Origin: Hormiphora californensis
Lineage: Eukaryota > Animalia > Ctenophora
DNA length: 64,000 nt
Assembly: GCA_020137815.1 (NCBI GenBank)
Contig: CM035357.1
Span: 4,650,001 to 4,714,000 of the forward strand
Direction of reading: 5' to 3'
Positions within the stretch are counted from its first letter, which is position 1; every line of letters begins with the position of its first letter. The position numbers and the translations under genes are program-made. Shown here piece by piece: positions 1-11,095 of this stretch. Under the pieces are notes generated by a model. That model did not search any database. It saw only the letters and a program-made list of their open reading frames with translations, and had not been told where the DNA came from.

Positions 1-1797
1 GAGGAGGATGGGGTCCCATTCTATTGGGCTAGATGGATGGAACGATCCATAGGAGACTACGGATACATGAGGTTCGTTTTGCAGCGCCAATTTGACATTT
101 AGCTGTTGGGGAAAGACTAACAGATAAGTTCCATTCTATTTTCATTCAATAATGTGTTTCCGATTGCAGATTCCGAAGGGGTAATAACGCGTGTGGCCTG
201 GACAACTATTTGGAGGTGGTTGAGTCCGGACCCAAAGAAATGCCTGGCCCTCCGACGGTATGTTGAAGTCAAAAACTCCTCTGTGCTCACATCTAAAATG
301 ACGTGACAATCGCAATTTGTAATGTAAAGCGATTCTAAACTTATTTCCCTATTAGGTTAACCCCGAGTCACTTTGTCCCCTTGATATGCCCGTGTATTGT
401 CCGAAAACCAAGACTTGTCGGACAGAGGAACAAGAGTGCCTAGATATTCAGAAAGACTATCTGTCTGTTGCTAAAAAGGCTGAACTCCCGGAAAAATGCA
501 AGGACAAGAGACCGTAAGTTAATAACAGTAAAAAGAGTGGTGAATTTTGCCACTTTTCTGGATAAAGACCCATTTTTCAAAGCTCGCGTGACCGTCTAAC
601 ACACCAAACTATGTCTTGTCTAGGTGGTGCAAGAGAGTGACAAAGCGACATTGTGCAAAGTCAACCTACCAAAAGTACTGCCCAGGATCATGTAAGATGT
701 GTGATGCGAACGGAAACCCCAACTGTAAAGACAGAGATATATCTTCTTTAAACATTACTTTCACCAGGCGTGATAATGAAAAAGTGGTACGTAGCTGAAA
801 CATCCTTTGTTGTTGTGTAACAAGTACTACAGCCCCTGCCTCAACCCCAATACTATCCCCAATCCACAGGCTCTGAGTTTTACTTAATCCCTCCAAAACC
901 CTGAGTCTAACTTTACTCCCGAACCCTGAGTCGAAACCCTAAACTTCCCAAATTCCTCTCCCTGCTTTCACCTTTTCATCCTCATAAATTGTCTCTTTAC
1001 ACCTGATTTCCCTGCAGGAATATACAGACTGCACCCAGCTAAAAGAGGCACAATACTGCATCAGCACGGCAGTACAAATGGCGTGTGAGGTGTCCTGTAA
1101 CGTTAACCCTGTGGACTGTGGCCGAAATACCTCAGCAGTCATCCTGGATAAGCTGGGTGGAAGCACCAAGACCCGGGGACGATGTTACCTTCCCGTCATT
1201 GAAAATGGAAGGGCAACAAACGAGCTAGCGGAAGATGGGACTATTGAGGCGGGTACAAAGCTGAACATAGAATGCGATGAAGGCTTTGAACTGGCGGGTG
1301 AAGAGAACGTGTGCATGATCCAAAACGTGTACATACCTGACAGCAGAAGGAGGCAGTGGTGTAAGCCCATTTCGGAGGCCCGGACCGGCTTTGGGGCGGA
1401 CTACCGGGGCAGCCAGTCCACAACCATGCCTGGGAACAATTGTGCAAATTGGGCGGAACTCGCTGAGAATGGAGCCATTTCAAATGATGCGGAGGCACGA
1501 TTAGCGATTGCCAACGGGAACCACAACTTCTGTAGAAATAACAACAATGACGCCGGACCGTGGTGTTTTCTGTCCGGATCTACCGTCCTGAACAAGGAGT
1601 ACTGTTTCCCATACAACGCGTGTGATGCACAGTGCGGAGAGGGCAAGGTGAGGAGGAACAGGTCTGGACAGTGCGGCAATCTCGTGGAAACTGGCAGGGC
1701 CACATGTGAGCTGTTTAATTTCTCTCATCTGAAGAAGTACCAGTGGATGTGGAATGCGTGTCCCGTAACTTGCTGTGAGAAAGCCGGGTGTGCCTAG
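1..1797 (+). CDS. 5'-truncated multi-exon gene: C-terminal end of a papain-like (C1A) domain, small Cys module, ShK, ShK, CCP/sushi, kringle, ShK. Exons ~1-71, 170-257, 356-513, 624-786, 1018-1797
   Basis: GT-AG splicing is phase-consistent and gives EEDGVPFYWARWMERSIGDYGYMR-FRRGNNACGL (C1A end), CKDKRPWCKRVTKRHCAKSTYQKYCPGSCKMC (ShK), CYLPVIENG...CDEGFELAG (sushi), DYRG...NFCRN...PWCF (kringle) and WMWNACPVTCC (ShK). Confidence 0.85.
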
Positions 1798-2149
1798 TGC
1801 TTACGGTGTATAGAAACTGTGGCAATAGCTTTAGAGACTGAAAGTTGTTAGGTGATGAAATATGAATGAAGTTTTTTTGGAAAGATTTTATTCTATTGTA
1901 GTTTACAGGATTAGTAAATCGAAAAGGCGAGTTTTTATTGTCTTCAACAAAAAATAAACCTTTCACAAATTCAATGGAATCAAAAAATATAGAAGTAAGA
2001 AGTGTATGTGCAAACTCTAAAATCAGATAAAGATTCTCGAATGAACCAAAATAGTAAACACGAGATAGATCGTACTATTAGCTACTCCTCAAGAACACTC
2101 CAAAAACATTAAAAAGTGTCGAATCTTTCCCGGATGCAAATGGAACGTG

Positions 2150-2255
2150 ATTATAGACTATCTCTTTAGCAGACTGTCTTTTTAGGAGACTGTCTTTTTA
2201 GGAGACTGTATCTTTAGGAGATTGTCACCTTAGCATGCTGTCTCTTTAGCAGACT
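2150..2255. repeat. Degenerate 16-bp tandem repeat (AGACTGTCTTTTTAGG) overlapping the stop codon of the SH3 gene
   Basis: About 6 visible units; the last includes ttagcagac, the reverse complement of gtc tgc taa. Confidence 0.75.
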
Positions 2256-4687
2256 CGGATGTAGTTGGCGGGAAATATCCCAACTTTGCCGTTCAATCGT
2301 CCTTCCCACCAGTCAAAAGTCATCTCAGTCTTTGTGATAATCTCGATCCTATCTTTCTCCTGGATAGTAAGATAATTTATAATGGTGCAAAGACAGAAAA
2401 GGGGGTCATGTCTACCTTAGAAAAGTTTCCAACTCAAAGGCAGTTGGAACCTGGTTAGGGTGCAATTGCAAATAATGCAATCTTACACAGCAAATACCCA
2501 GATACTTTTTGTAAGTTAAGGTATCTTACCTTGAACGTTAAATCACAAGACATGGCTCCCTCATAACTCCAAAGCGCCTCTCCCCACATTTTCCCGTCTC
2601 CCCGGGGTGCCGGACTAGATCCTGGCGGAGCTGACGGCCTTTTCGGGGCAACCGCTGAGGGAACATTGAATATATTACTCAGTGAAGTTATTGGGTCTGT
2701 TTTCACCCAACTTGAAACTTGAAACTAACAGAACTCGTTATTTAGGTCACGTGACTGGTTATCAGCCAATCAGGGACCAGTATTTCCTGATTCGGTCGGT
2801 TCCTGATAATAGTGCTGTCTTAGTCCTGCGGACCCACCTTAGAAACATATATTCATTTGTAAGCCTATTGTTTACTAGGTTCACTAGATTACAATACCTT
2901 ACCTATACCCGTCCTACGGTCAGGGGTGAATAATGACAGATAGACGATAGAATGAACTGCACCTTTTTTAGGGATGGGAGGAGCAGTTCGTTTCGGGCCG
3001 GACCTTGATTTTTTACCAGGCGGTTTCTTTGAGAGAAACTTTCCTGAAAAGGTGTGTGATTAAACCAAGATGGACACTCGATCTAATGAGCAACAAAGAT
3101 GAACAAGATAACAAAATTCTAGCGAACGACCTACTGAGTTGAAGGCGTGGTGATTTTAGGATATTCTGCATAGCAATCGAATTATAAATTCTACAACCGG
3201 AGAGCAAAGTGAAGCTGTATTTAATAATCAGTCGAGACAGAGTGGGAGAGAGAGTGAGTGGGAGAGAGAGAGAGCAAGAGTGTGTCTGGTTAACTTACCA
3301 ACTCCAAGAGGCATAATTTTCTGCGTAGTTATTCCGTATAAATCTAGTGGGAAGGTTCTTCACAGCGACATTAGCTAATAAATATAACATGGTTTAATTA
3401 ATAACTATCAGGTCCGTTGATTAAACGACATAATTTGACAATAAATAATTGATGAGGAGAATATTATATCTTATTTGCCCGCTTTTTAAAGAATATATCC
3501 GGTTCCTGATGGCTGATACGATAAGTCTTCCCCCTTTCACAGACTAAGGACTTAGTGAATACTACGAATTTAAAGTTTAAACAAGACTTCTTAAATGAAC
3601 AGGAGTCTGGAGGGTTCAGTGTGACAGCGATAATAATAATAATAATAATATCGAACATTTATATCACCAGACAAACAATTTTTTCCCCGCCCGGGCCGAA
3701 GGCCTTCAACCGGATGCCTTTTGCAAAAAGGCATAGGGGTTTAGAAATCTAAACGGATATAGTGACTATGTGTAGCAAGTCAGCTCTCTTGTCCCGTTTC
3801 AGGTTGCGAGGGGCAACATGTAGCAACTAGAGCCGCGCACACAACAACAACCTGCTCCTTCATAAACCACTTCATTGACACGTTTTCAGGAATTGTGTGC
3901 CGCGCAATTCCGCAATGTGGCGCGCAATTTAGTGCTACTAAAACACAAGGATTTGTTCTATACTGTTTGCTTGATTTATATATGATCCGAAATGTCTGTC
4001 CCGCCTTCGTGTTAGAAATGAAAGGTTGGCGGGGAAACATAGCATTATGAAACATAATGCATTTATTCTTGTTGGGTATATGATGGGTGCCGAAAGGCGA
4101 AGGTGTGTGGGTCCCAAAATTTTAGTGGTAGTACCAGGCTCTCTGCTAAGAAACCGGCGAAAAATACATACTTTGATCGTCGGACCCTTTAGCTTTAACA
4201 GTACTAACTCTGCTAATGTGTAACCCTTTGGGTGGATGTCACATGAGCCTCTTAGACCGATCACGTGACTATCCCCAATCAGGGCGATGTCTAGGTGCTA
4301 CTCGAGATGGTTTACCATGGATCCAATTATCTCCAGGAAACCACCTCGAGTCAGTTACCCGAAGCCGGCTTACTGCAGGTCACGTGTCCATTACCCCCGT
4401 ACTATACAACACTACATGAAACATGTAAACCATTCTTTTCCTCTCTATTTCTCTATCTCTCTATCTCTCTGTTTTTAAACTTATCTCTATCGTGGTAACC
4501 ACTACCTTTAGCAAACACTACATACACCAATAATAGCCAACTGAAGACCAAACGTTAAACAGCTCAGCAGATGGATCTCTCTCTCTCTCTCGGTCCACTA
4601 CACGCACCACTCCCACATGGGGCCGTAAGGTCCCATGCGAGAGCAGGGTTAAATCCCCCGGGTCCGGATCCTGTTGGACCTGAGGGC
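2246..4687 (-). CDS. Multi-exon gene with a Pro-rich region and C-terminal SH3 domain; 5' end unresolved. Firm exons 2530-2696 and 2246-2359; probable exons ~2903-3043, ~3299-3343, ~4172-4225, ~4317-4372, ~4608-4687
   Basis: Spliced sequence GEALWSYEGAMSCDLTFK-EKDRIEIITKTEMTFDWWEGRLNGKVGIFPANYIRVC* has the SH3 motifs ALxxY, DLxF, WW and GxFPxNY. Upstream exons are inferred only from splice sites and phase. Confidence 0.7.
2730..2805. mobile_element. Short MITE fragment (family termini CAGGAACCGACCGA / TCGGTCGGTTCCTG); other copies at ~5482-5558 and 29992-30091
   Basis: The sequence cagaactcgttatttaggtcacgtgactgg..tcagccaatcaggga..gtatttcctgattcggt is near-identical at three loci. The left end at 29992 is the reverse complement of the right end at 2805. 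Confidence 0.75.
3679..4073 (+). mobile_element. Helentron-associated (HINE/DINE-1-like) non-autonomous element, copy 1
   Basis: Subterminal inverted repeats TTTCCCCGCC/GGCGGGGAAA, 3' hairpin GCATTATG-aaa-CATAATGC, T-rich flanks; homologous to 20518-20958 and 53337-53897. Confidence 0.75.
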
Positions 4688-5192
4688 CTGCGGAGTAAAG
4701 GTAGCTAGAACAATGTACATAGGGGTAAGTTGAACAATGTACATATGGGTTAAAGTAAGAAAAAATATATAAAGGGGAAGTAAAGCTCTCTCTCTCTCCC
4801 TCTCCCTCTCCCCCTCTCTCTCTCGCTCTCTCTCTCTCCCTCTCTCTAGGTCCAGAGTTAGAAGTTATCGGTCGTTTGAAGATTTTTCTCGCACACGTTA
4901 ACTGCGAGCTGGAGGATTACACACCCTGCTCAGTGCTCGCGATTTAACTGACCCCTTTTCACGTGTTTCTCTTCATTTGAATAACGTGCGTGTCAATTTT
5001 CGAAGAATGAAAATGTGTGTAAACACACAATTCTGACAACAACATAGAGGGGAACACTGTGTGTATTGGCCCTAATCTTGCTCTCTCTCTCTCTCTTACT
5101 AAAATATGTTAGGAACCGTTCCGAACAGTCGCCAATTAGTCTACACACGTCGTGCACAGTTTGGGCCCCAAACTTGGGGCCCCAAACTTTGG

Positions 5193-6889
5193 GCAGTTGG
5201 AACCTGGTTAGGGTGCAATTGCAAATAATGCAATCTTACACAGCAAATACCCAGATACTTTTTGTAAGTTAAGGTATATTACCTTGAACGTTAAATCACA
5301 AGACATGGCTCCCTCATAACTCCAAAGCGCCTCTCCCCACATTTTCCCGTCTCCCCGGGGTGCCGGACTGGATCCGGGCGGAGCTGACGGCCTCTTCGGG
5401 GCAACCGCTGAGGGAACATTGAATATATTACTCAGTGAAGTTATTGGGTCTGTTTTCACCCAACTTGAAACTTGAAACTAACAGAACTCGTTATTTAGGT
5501 CACGTGACTGGTTATCAGCCAATCAGGGACCAGTATTTCCTGATTCGGTTGGTTCCTGATAATAGTGCTGTCTTAGTCCTGCGGACCCACCTTAGAAACA
5601 TATTATATTCATTTGTAAGCCTATTTTTTACTAGGTTCACTAGATTACAATACCTTACTTATTAGCTAATGTCGCTGTGAAGAACCTTCCCACTAGATTT
5701 ATACGGAATAACTACGCAGAAAATTATGCCTCTTGGAGTTGGTAAGCTGACTTGCTACTCATTTATTCTTGTTGGGTATATGATGGGTGCCGAAAGGCGA
5801 AGGTGTGTGGGTCCCAAAATTTTAGTGGTAGTACCAGGCTCTCTGCTAAGAAACCGGCGAAAAATACATACTTTGATCGTCGGACCCTTTAGCTTTAACA
5901 GTACTAACTCTGCTAATGTGTAACCCTTTGGGTGGATGTCACATGAGCCTCTTAGACCGATCACGTGACTATCCCCAATCAGGGCGATGTCTAGGTGCTA
6001 CTCGAGATGGTTTACCATGGATCCAATTATCTCCAGGAAACCACCTCGAGTCAGTTACCCGAAGCCGGCTTACTGCAGGTCACGTGTCCATTACCCCCGT
6101 ACTATACAACACTACATGAAACATGTAAACCATTCTTTTCCTCTCTATTTCTCTATCTCTCTATCTCTCTGTTTTTAAACTTATCTCTATCGTGGTAACC
6201 ACTACCTTTAGCAAACACTACATACACCAATAATAGCCAACTGAAGACCAAACGTTAAACAGCTCAGCAGATGCATCTCTCTCTCTCTCTCTCGGTCCAC
6301 TACACGCACCACTCCCACATGGGGCCGTAAGGTCCCATGCGAGAGCAGGGTTAAATCCCCCGGGTCCGGATCCTGTTGGACCTGAGGGCCTGCGGAGTAA
6401 AGGTAGCTAGAACAATGTACATAGGGGTAAGTTGAACAATGTACATATGGGTTAAAGTAAGAAAAAAGATATAAAGGGGAAGTAAAGCTCTCTCTCTCTC
6501 CCTCTCCCCCTCTCTCTCTCGCTCTCTCTCTCTCCCTCTCTCTAGGTCCAGAGTTAGAAGTTATCGGTCGTTTGAAGATTTTTCTCGCACACGTTAACTG
6601 CGAGCTGGAGGATTACACACCCTGCTCAGTGCTCGCGATTTAACTGACCCCTTTTCACGTGTTTCTCTTCATTTGAATAACGTGCGTGTCAATTTTCGAA
6701 GAATGAAAATGTGTGTAAACACACAATTCTGACAACAACATAGAGGGGAACACTGTGTGTATTGGCCCTAATCTTGCTCTCTCTCTCTCTCTTACTAAAA
6801 TATGTTAGGAACCGTTCCGAACAGTCGCCAATTAGTCTACACACGTCGTGCACAGTTTGGGCCCCAAACTTGGGGCCCCAAACTTTGGG
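5193..6889. repeat. Complex local duplication: 5193-5658 copies 2440-2902, 5659-5746 is an inverted copy of 3293-3380, and 5761-6889 copies 4061-5192
   Basis: The blocks are near-identical by direct comparison, and duplicate ORFs appear in the ORF track. Confidence 0.92.
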
Positions 6890-6964
6890 GACGTCTGATG
6901 ACTATTTACCAGTACTCCTAGCGTGTTTCACCTTGTGCAATGTGTTGTCTGTCTTATTACAGAG

Positions 6965-7163
6965 CAACTTACAAAAAAGTTCGGGTATTTATATGTGTTT
7001 GGGGTATACTAACCCGCGCGCCACCGCCACACGTATTTTGATTGGGTTGTTAGCACTCATGCCGCGCGAGTAAGTTAACCCTTGCGTGGCTCTCACACGT
7101 ATTTTGATACAAACATACCCGAGTACTTATGGTTAACTAACCCGAGTACTTTTTTGTAAGTTG
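6965..7163. mobile_element. MITE-like inverted-repeat element
   Basis: caacttacaaaaaagt..cgggt at the left end pairs with acccgagtacttttttgtaagttg at the right end. Confidence 0.6.
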
Positions 7164-7198
7164 GTCCCTTAGTGTGTAAATGCTATCAGGGCTTATAA

Positions 7199-7395
7199 AC
7201 TATGAACGTTTGTTAGCTTGACGCGTTATAGGTTTAAATCACCTCCCCCTCACCCTCGGCTGGCGCCTCGGGATCGGCGTCGTGATTGAAACCAAGTTAA
7301 TCACCCTACCGGGCGATTAAACTCCAGTTGGCTATCCCCAGCTCGCGCTGGGAAAAGCCAACTTCATAACGCGTTAAGCTACAAACGTTCATAGT
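7199..7395. mobile_element. MITE with ~30-bp TIRs
   Basis: actatgaacgtttgttagcttgacgcgttat / ataacgcgttaagctacaaacgttcatagt. Confidence 0.75.
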
Positions 7396-7396
7396 A

Positions 7397-7538
7397 CAGT
7401 CGGACCCCGATTTAGTGGCACCCCGATTTAGGGACAGGATTTTCCCCCCCCCGATATACGAAAATTAACATTATTTGAACCCGATTTAGTGGACAAGAGC
7501 CTTTCCGCCGAGGGTGTCCCTAAATCGGGGTCCGACTG
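7397..7538. mobile_element. Tc1/mariner-pogo-type MITE (TIR CAGTCGGACCCCGATTTA, TA target duplication)
   Basis: ta|cagtcggaccccgattta ... taaatcggggtccgactg|ta; same family at 42717, 58668 and 61074. Confidence 0.85.
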
Positions 7539-7689
7539 TACATTATGTATATATGGCTCATAGAATCTATGAGCCATAGTTATAGGCTAACACACACCCC
7601 AAAATTTACAGTTTGGACGTCATGGATGGAGATAGGGCCACCGTGTACCTTTGTCCACGTGACCCCGTACCTCAACAGACATTCTGCAG

Positions 7690-7815
7690 CGCTAGGCTCT
7701 CTGCTAGGCTGACTGCTAGGCTGAATACTAGGCTGACTACTAGGCTGACTACTAGGCTGACTACTAGGCTCTCTGCTAGGCTGACTGCTAGGCTGACTAC
7801 TAGGCTGACTACTAG
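7690..7815. repeat. 12-bp minisatellite (GCTGACTACTAG)n
   Basis: About 10 visible tandem units. Confidence 0.9.
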
Positions 7816-8135
7816 ACCTCTCTATTTCTCTATCTCTCTGTTTCTAGACTTATCTCTATCGTGGTAACCACGCCAGCTAGGAAATGCCACGTAATAGTCA
7901 ACTGAAGACCAAGAGTAAAATAGCTCAGAATCTCTCTCTCTCTCTCTCTCCCTCTCTCTCACCCTCTCTCTCACCCTCTCTCTCACCATACATGTTATAC
8001 ATACATCACACCAATAACAGCCATTTCTATTGGCTATTGGCTAGCCAACTAATGACAAAAAGTAAAACAGCTCAGCAGGCAATTGTACAATATATATAGT
8101 CCCGCAATATTCACGGCCTATCACTTTTCATCAAT

Positions 8136-9372
8136 ATGGCGATGGTTAACTTGATCTGTTTGTTTGCTCTTGTGGCTATCGTATCTGGAGCTAACATTAT
8201 TTGCACGGACTATGGGAAGGGACTAGGTGGTGCCGGTGGTTACTACAGCATGCCCATTCCAAAGGAGTGTACTTCTGATGGGTGGTATCCTGACTACAGG
8301 ATTAAAGGAGGTGAGTAACTTTGTTAGTAAACTGGGTCTGAGTTTTTGATATGTATTCTCTCTGGGCAGTACAAATGAAACAGGCAGGTATCATAAACAG
8401 AACTATCCGATAACCCAACTGTCTACTAGATCGCCCTCTGTTTCAAATCGAGTTTAAATCTTTCCACTCAGTCTGTTTAAATCTATTTTACAGGAGGTGG
8501 AGGGTGTAAGCCTGGATGGCAGAAATATAAAGATAGGTGCTACAAATTCATGGGGGTGAGTCAAAAATACGGTCGCTGAAAAGATTTGCTAAACAATACA
8601 AAGAGGGACAGATCCCTCGATTTGCGATCAGCACTATCACGCCATTTTTACAAGTACATAATAATTGTTAATTTCAGAAAGGAAACTTCAAGAACAGTGA
8701 AAAAAAGTGCAATAATGAGGATGCCCATGTTTGGGTGCCTAGCACAATCGATGAAGCAACTTGGGTAACAAGAAGCTCTCCAATAAACAAAAAGGGATGG
8801 TATGTGAACTTTCATGTCATGTATATAATACCTTACTCTCGTTTTTTAAGAAACGCTTTAGTAAGAAACTTTTTTAAAAAAAAACTTTTAAAATGCAAAT
8901 TACACAATTTAGAAACGCCCCAACAAGATATGAAGCCCCTAACTGGTTTAGTTTCTTAATAAAAGAAAAAATTTCTTTGTTTTTGGATTTCTTTAAACTC
9001 TTGTGGTTTATTATAGGAGCCTACTCAACGAGAGAAAAGTAGGTAGTCAACTACGATTAGTGTTAATTATAATTAAAGTGTGTACAATTCCTTAATTTCA
9101 GGGCATGGACTGGTATCTTCTGCACCCGACGATTTGGAGCAAATCCTCGTCCTGTATACAAGGAGCACTACACTGTCACTGGTGAGGATCCCAGGACTTT
9201 TGAACCAAGACTTAGAGACCATGTAATGACAAATGGCAGTGGAATGAAGCCAGGAAACCACAACCACAAGTGTGTTCTGATCTTGACCGACCACGGAAAC
9301 AGGCCATTTGGTCCCTGGGAGTCGGATGATTGTAACGAGAACCAGGCACAATTCTGTGAAACTTACGCTTAG
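8136..9372 (+). CDS. Secreted C-type lectin-like domain protein; exons 8136-8310, 8494-8555, 8678-8799, 9102-9372
   Basis: Signal peptide MAMVNLICLFALVAIVSG, then CKPGWQKYKDRCYKF, C...AHV, WAWTG, KCV...WESDDC...FCETYA*. Splice phases are consistent, and a TATA-like tatatata lies at ~8091. Confidence 0.88.
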
Positions 9373-9505
9373 ATTGATAAGGACAGAAGAATGATGAAGT
9401 GAAGAGATATAAAACTTATTATTTTGGCTTTTCATTTTCTTTCTCTCCTGATGAAAAGTATATTCAATGTCGAAAAAGTGATAAAACCGCATTTTGCATG
9501 CAATT

Positions 9506-10522
9506 CTAAACACTGTTCATGTTGTCTGTTCTAAACACTGTTGTCTGTTCTGAACACTGTTGTCTGTTCTGAACACTGTTGTCTGTTCTGAACACTGTTG
9601 TCTGTTCTGAACACTGCTGTCTGTTCTGAACACTGTTGTCTGTTCTGAACACTGTTGTCTGTTCTGAACACTGTTGTCTGTTCTGAACACTGTTGTCTGT
9701 TCTGAACACTGTTGTCTGTTCTGAACACTGTTGTCTGTTCTGAACACTGTTGTCTGTTCTGAACACTGTTGTCTGTTCTGAACACTGTTGTCTGTTCTGA
9801 ACACTGTTGTCTGTCCTGTACACTGTTGTCTGTTCTGAACACTGTTGTCTGTTCTGAACACTGAACTGTCTGTTCTGAACACTGTTGTCTGTTCTGAACA
9901 CTGTTGTCTAACCTTAACACTGTTGTCTAATCTTAACACTGTTGTCTGTTCTGAACACTGTTGTCTGTTCTGAACACTGTTGTCTGTTCTACACACTGTT
10001 GTCTGTTCTGAACACTGTTGTCTGTTCTGAACTGTTACTATTATTATTATTATTATTATAATCTAAGAGAAGTGTTTGGTGCTAAGGGGGACTCTTATTC
10101 CGATGGTCGCAGTTTCATTGTCCCGAGGATTTTTCTTAAAAAAGACCACCGTCATGTCAATTCTGTTGTCTGTTCTGAACACTGTTGTCTGTTCTGAACA
10201 CTGTTGTCTGTTCTGAACACTGTTGTCTGTTCTGAACACTGTTGTCTGTTCTGAACACTGCTGTCTGTTCTGAACACTGTTGTCTGTTCTGAACACTGTT
10301 GTCTGTTCTGAACACTGTTGTCTGTTCTGAACACTGTTGTCTGTTCTGAACACTGCTGTCTGTTCTGAACACTGTTGTCTGTTCTGAACACTGTTGTCTG
10401 TTCTGAACACTGTTGTCTGTCTGAACACTGTTGTCTGTTCTGAACACTGTTGTCTGTTCTGAACACTGTTGTCTGTTCTGAACACTGTTGTCTGTTCTGA
10501 ACACTGTTGTCTGTTCTGAACT
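9506..10522. repeat. 19-bp minisatellite (AACACTGTTGTCTGTTCTG)n in two blocks (9506-10032, 10160-10522), each followed by the same ~120-bp (TAT)n-starting flank
   Basis: Direct inspection; 10030-10152 is repeated at 10520-10642. Confidence 0.95.
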
Positions 10523-10683
10523 GTTACTATTATTATTATTATTATTATAATCTAAGAGAAGTGTTTGGTGCTAAGGGGGACTCTTATTCCGATGGTCGCA
10601 GTTTCATTGTCCCGAGGATTTTTCTTAAAAAAGACCACCGTCAATTCTTCCAAATCTCTGAGGAGGTCATTTTTTGCACGCAG

Positions 10684-10920
10684 TTTATTTACAAGTTTAC
10701 AAGTTTACAAAATTAGATTCGGCATACAATGCATTATAAAGACAAATATACCACGTTCTCAGCATGATGCTTCTACGTACAATGATGTGAATGATGCAGT
10801 GACCAACATACACTACCCAGGGGGGAGCAGTGTAACCAATGAGTTGTCGTTGGGACTCCTGTAGCCCCGAACTGGAGGGTGATCAGGTATACCATCCAGG
10901 AACTTGCCGAGAGAAGTTGA
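10684..10920 (-). mobile_element. 3' fragment of a CR1/L2-like LINE
   Basis: A minus frame reads KFLDGIPDHPPVRGYRSPNDNSL, matching the ORF end of the LINE at 40876 (RFPDRPPVLGYPKQNNNSI), and ends in a (TTGTAAAC)n tail. Confidence 0.7.
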
Positions 10921-11095
10921 TAAGTGATAGGCGTATTTCTTCTATTGGTGTGTCCTCGGGGAGATAGTCGATGGGGACTTCTCTTAGGGTGATTTTTCCG
11001 AGTGCTTCATTGCTCACTCGGTCAAAAGAGTTTTGGATTGGGGCGAGTGCATTAGCTGCCTTCTGGTGACAAAGTTTGTTGGGGAAACCGATGAC

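Noticed and set aside
9506-10504. Repetitive ORFs (QNRQQCSEQTTVFRTDNS) and possible CRISPR-like array
   Set aside because: It is a pure 19-bp tandem repeat with no spacers; the ORFs are artifacts of a stop-free unit.
10920-11095. Open frame upstream of the LINE 3' fragment (NKLCHQKAANALAP...)
   Set aside because: It cannot be assigned; it may be another retroelement remnant, and the ORF start lies inside the foldback MITE.
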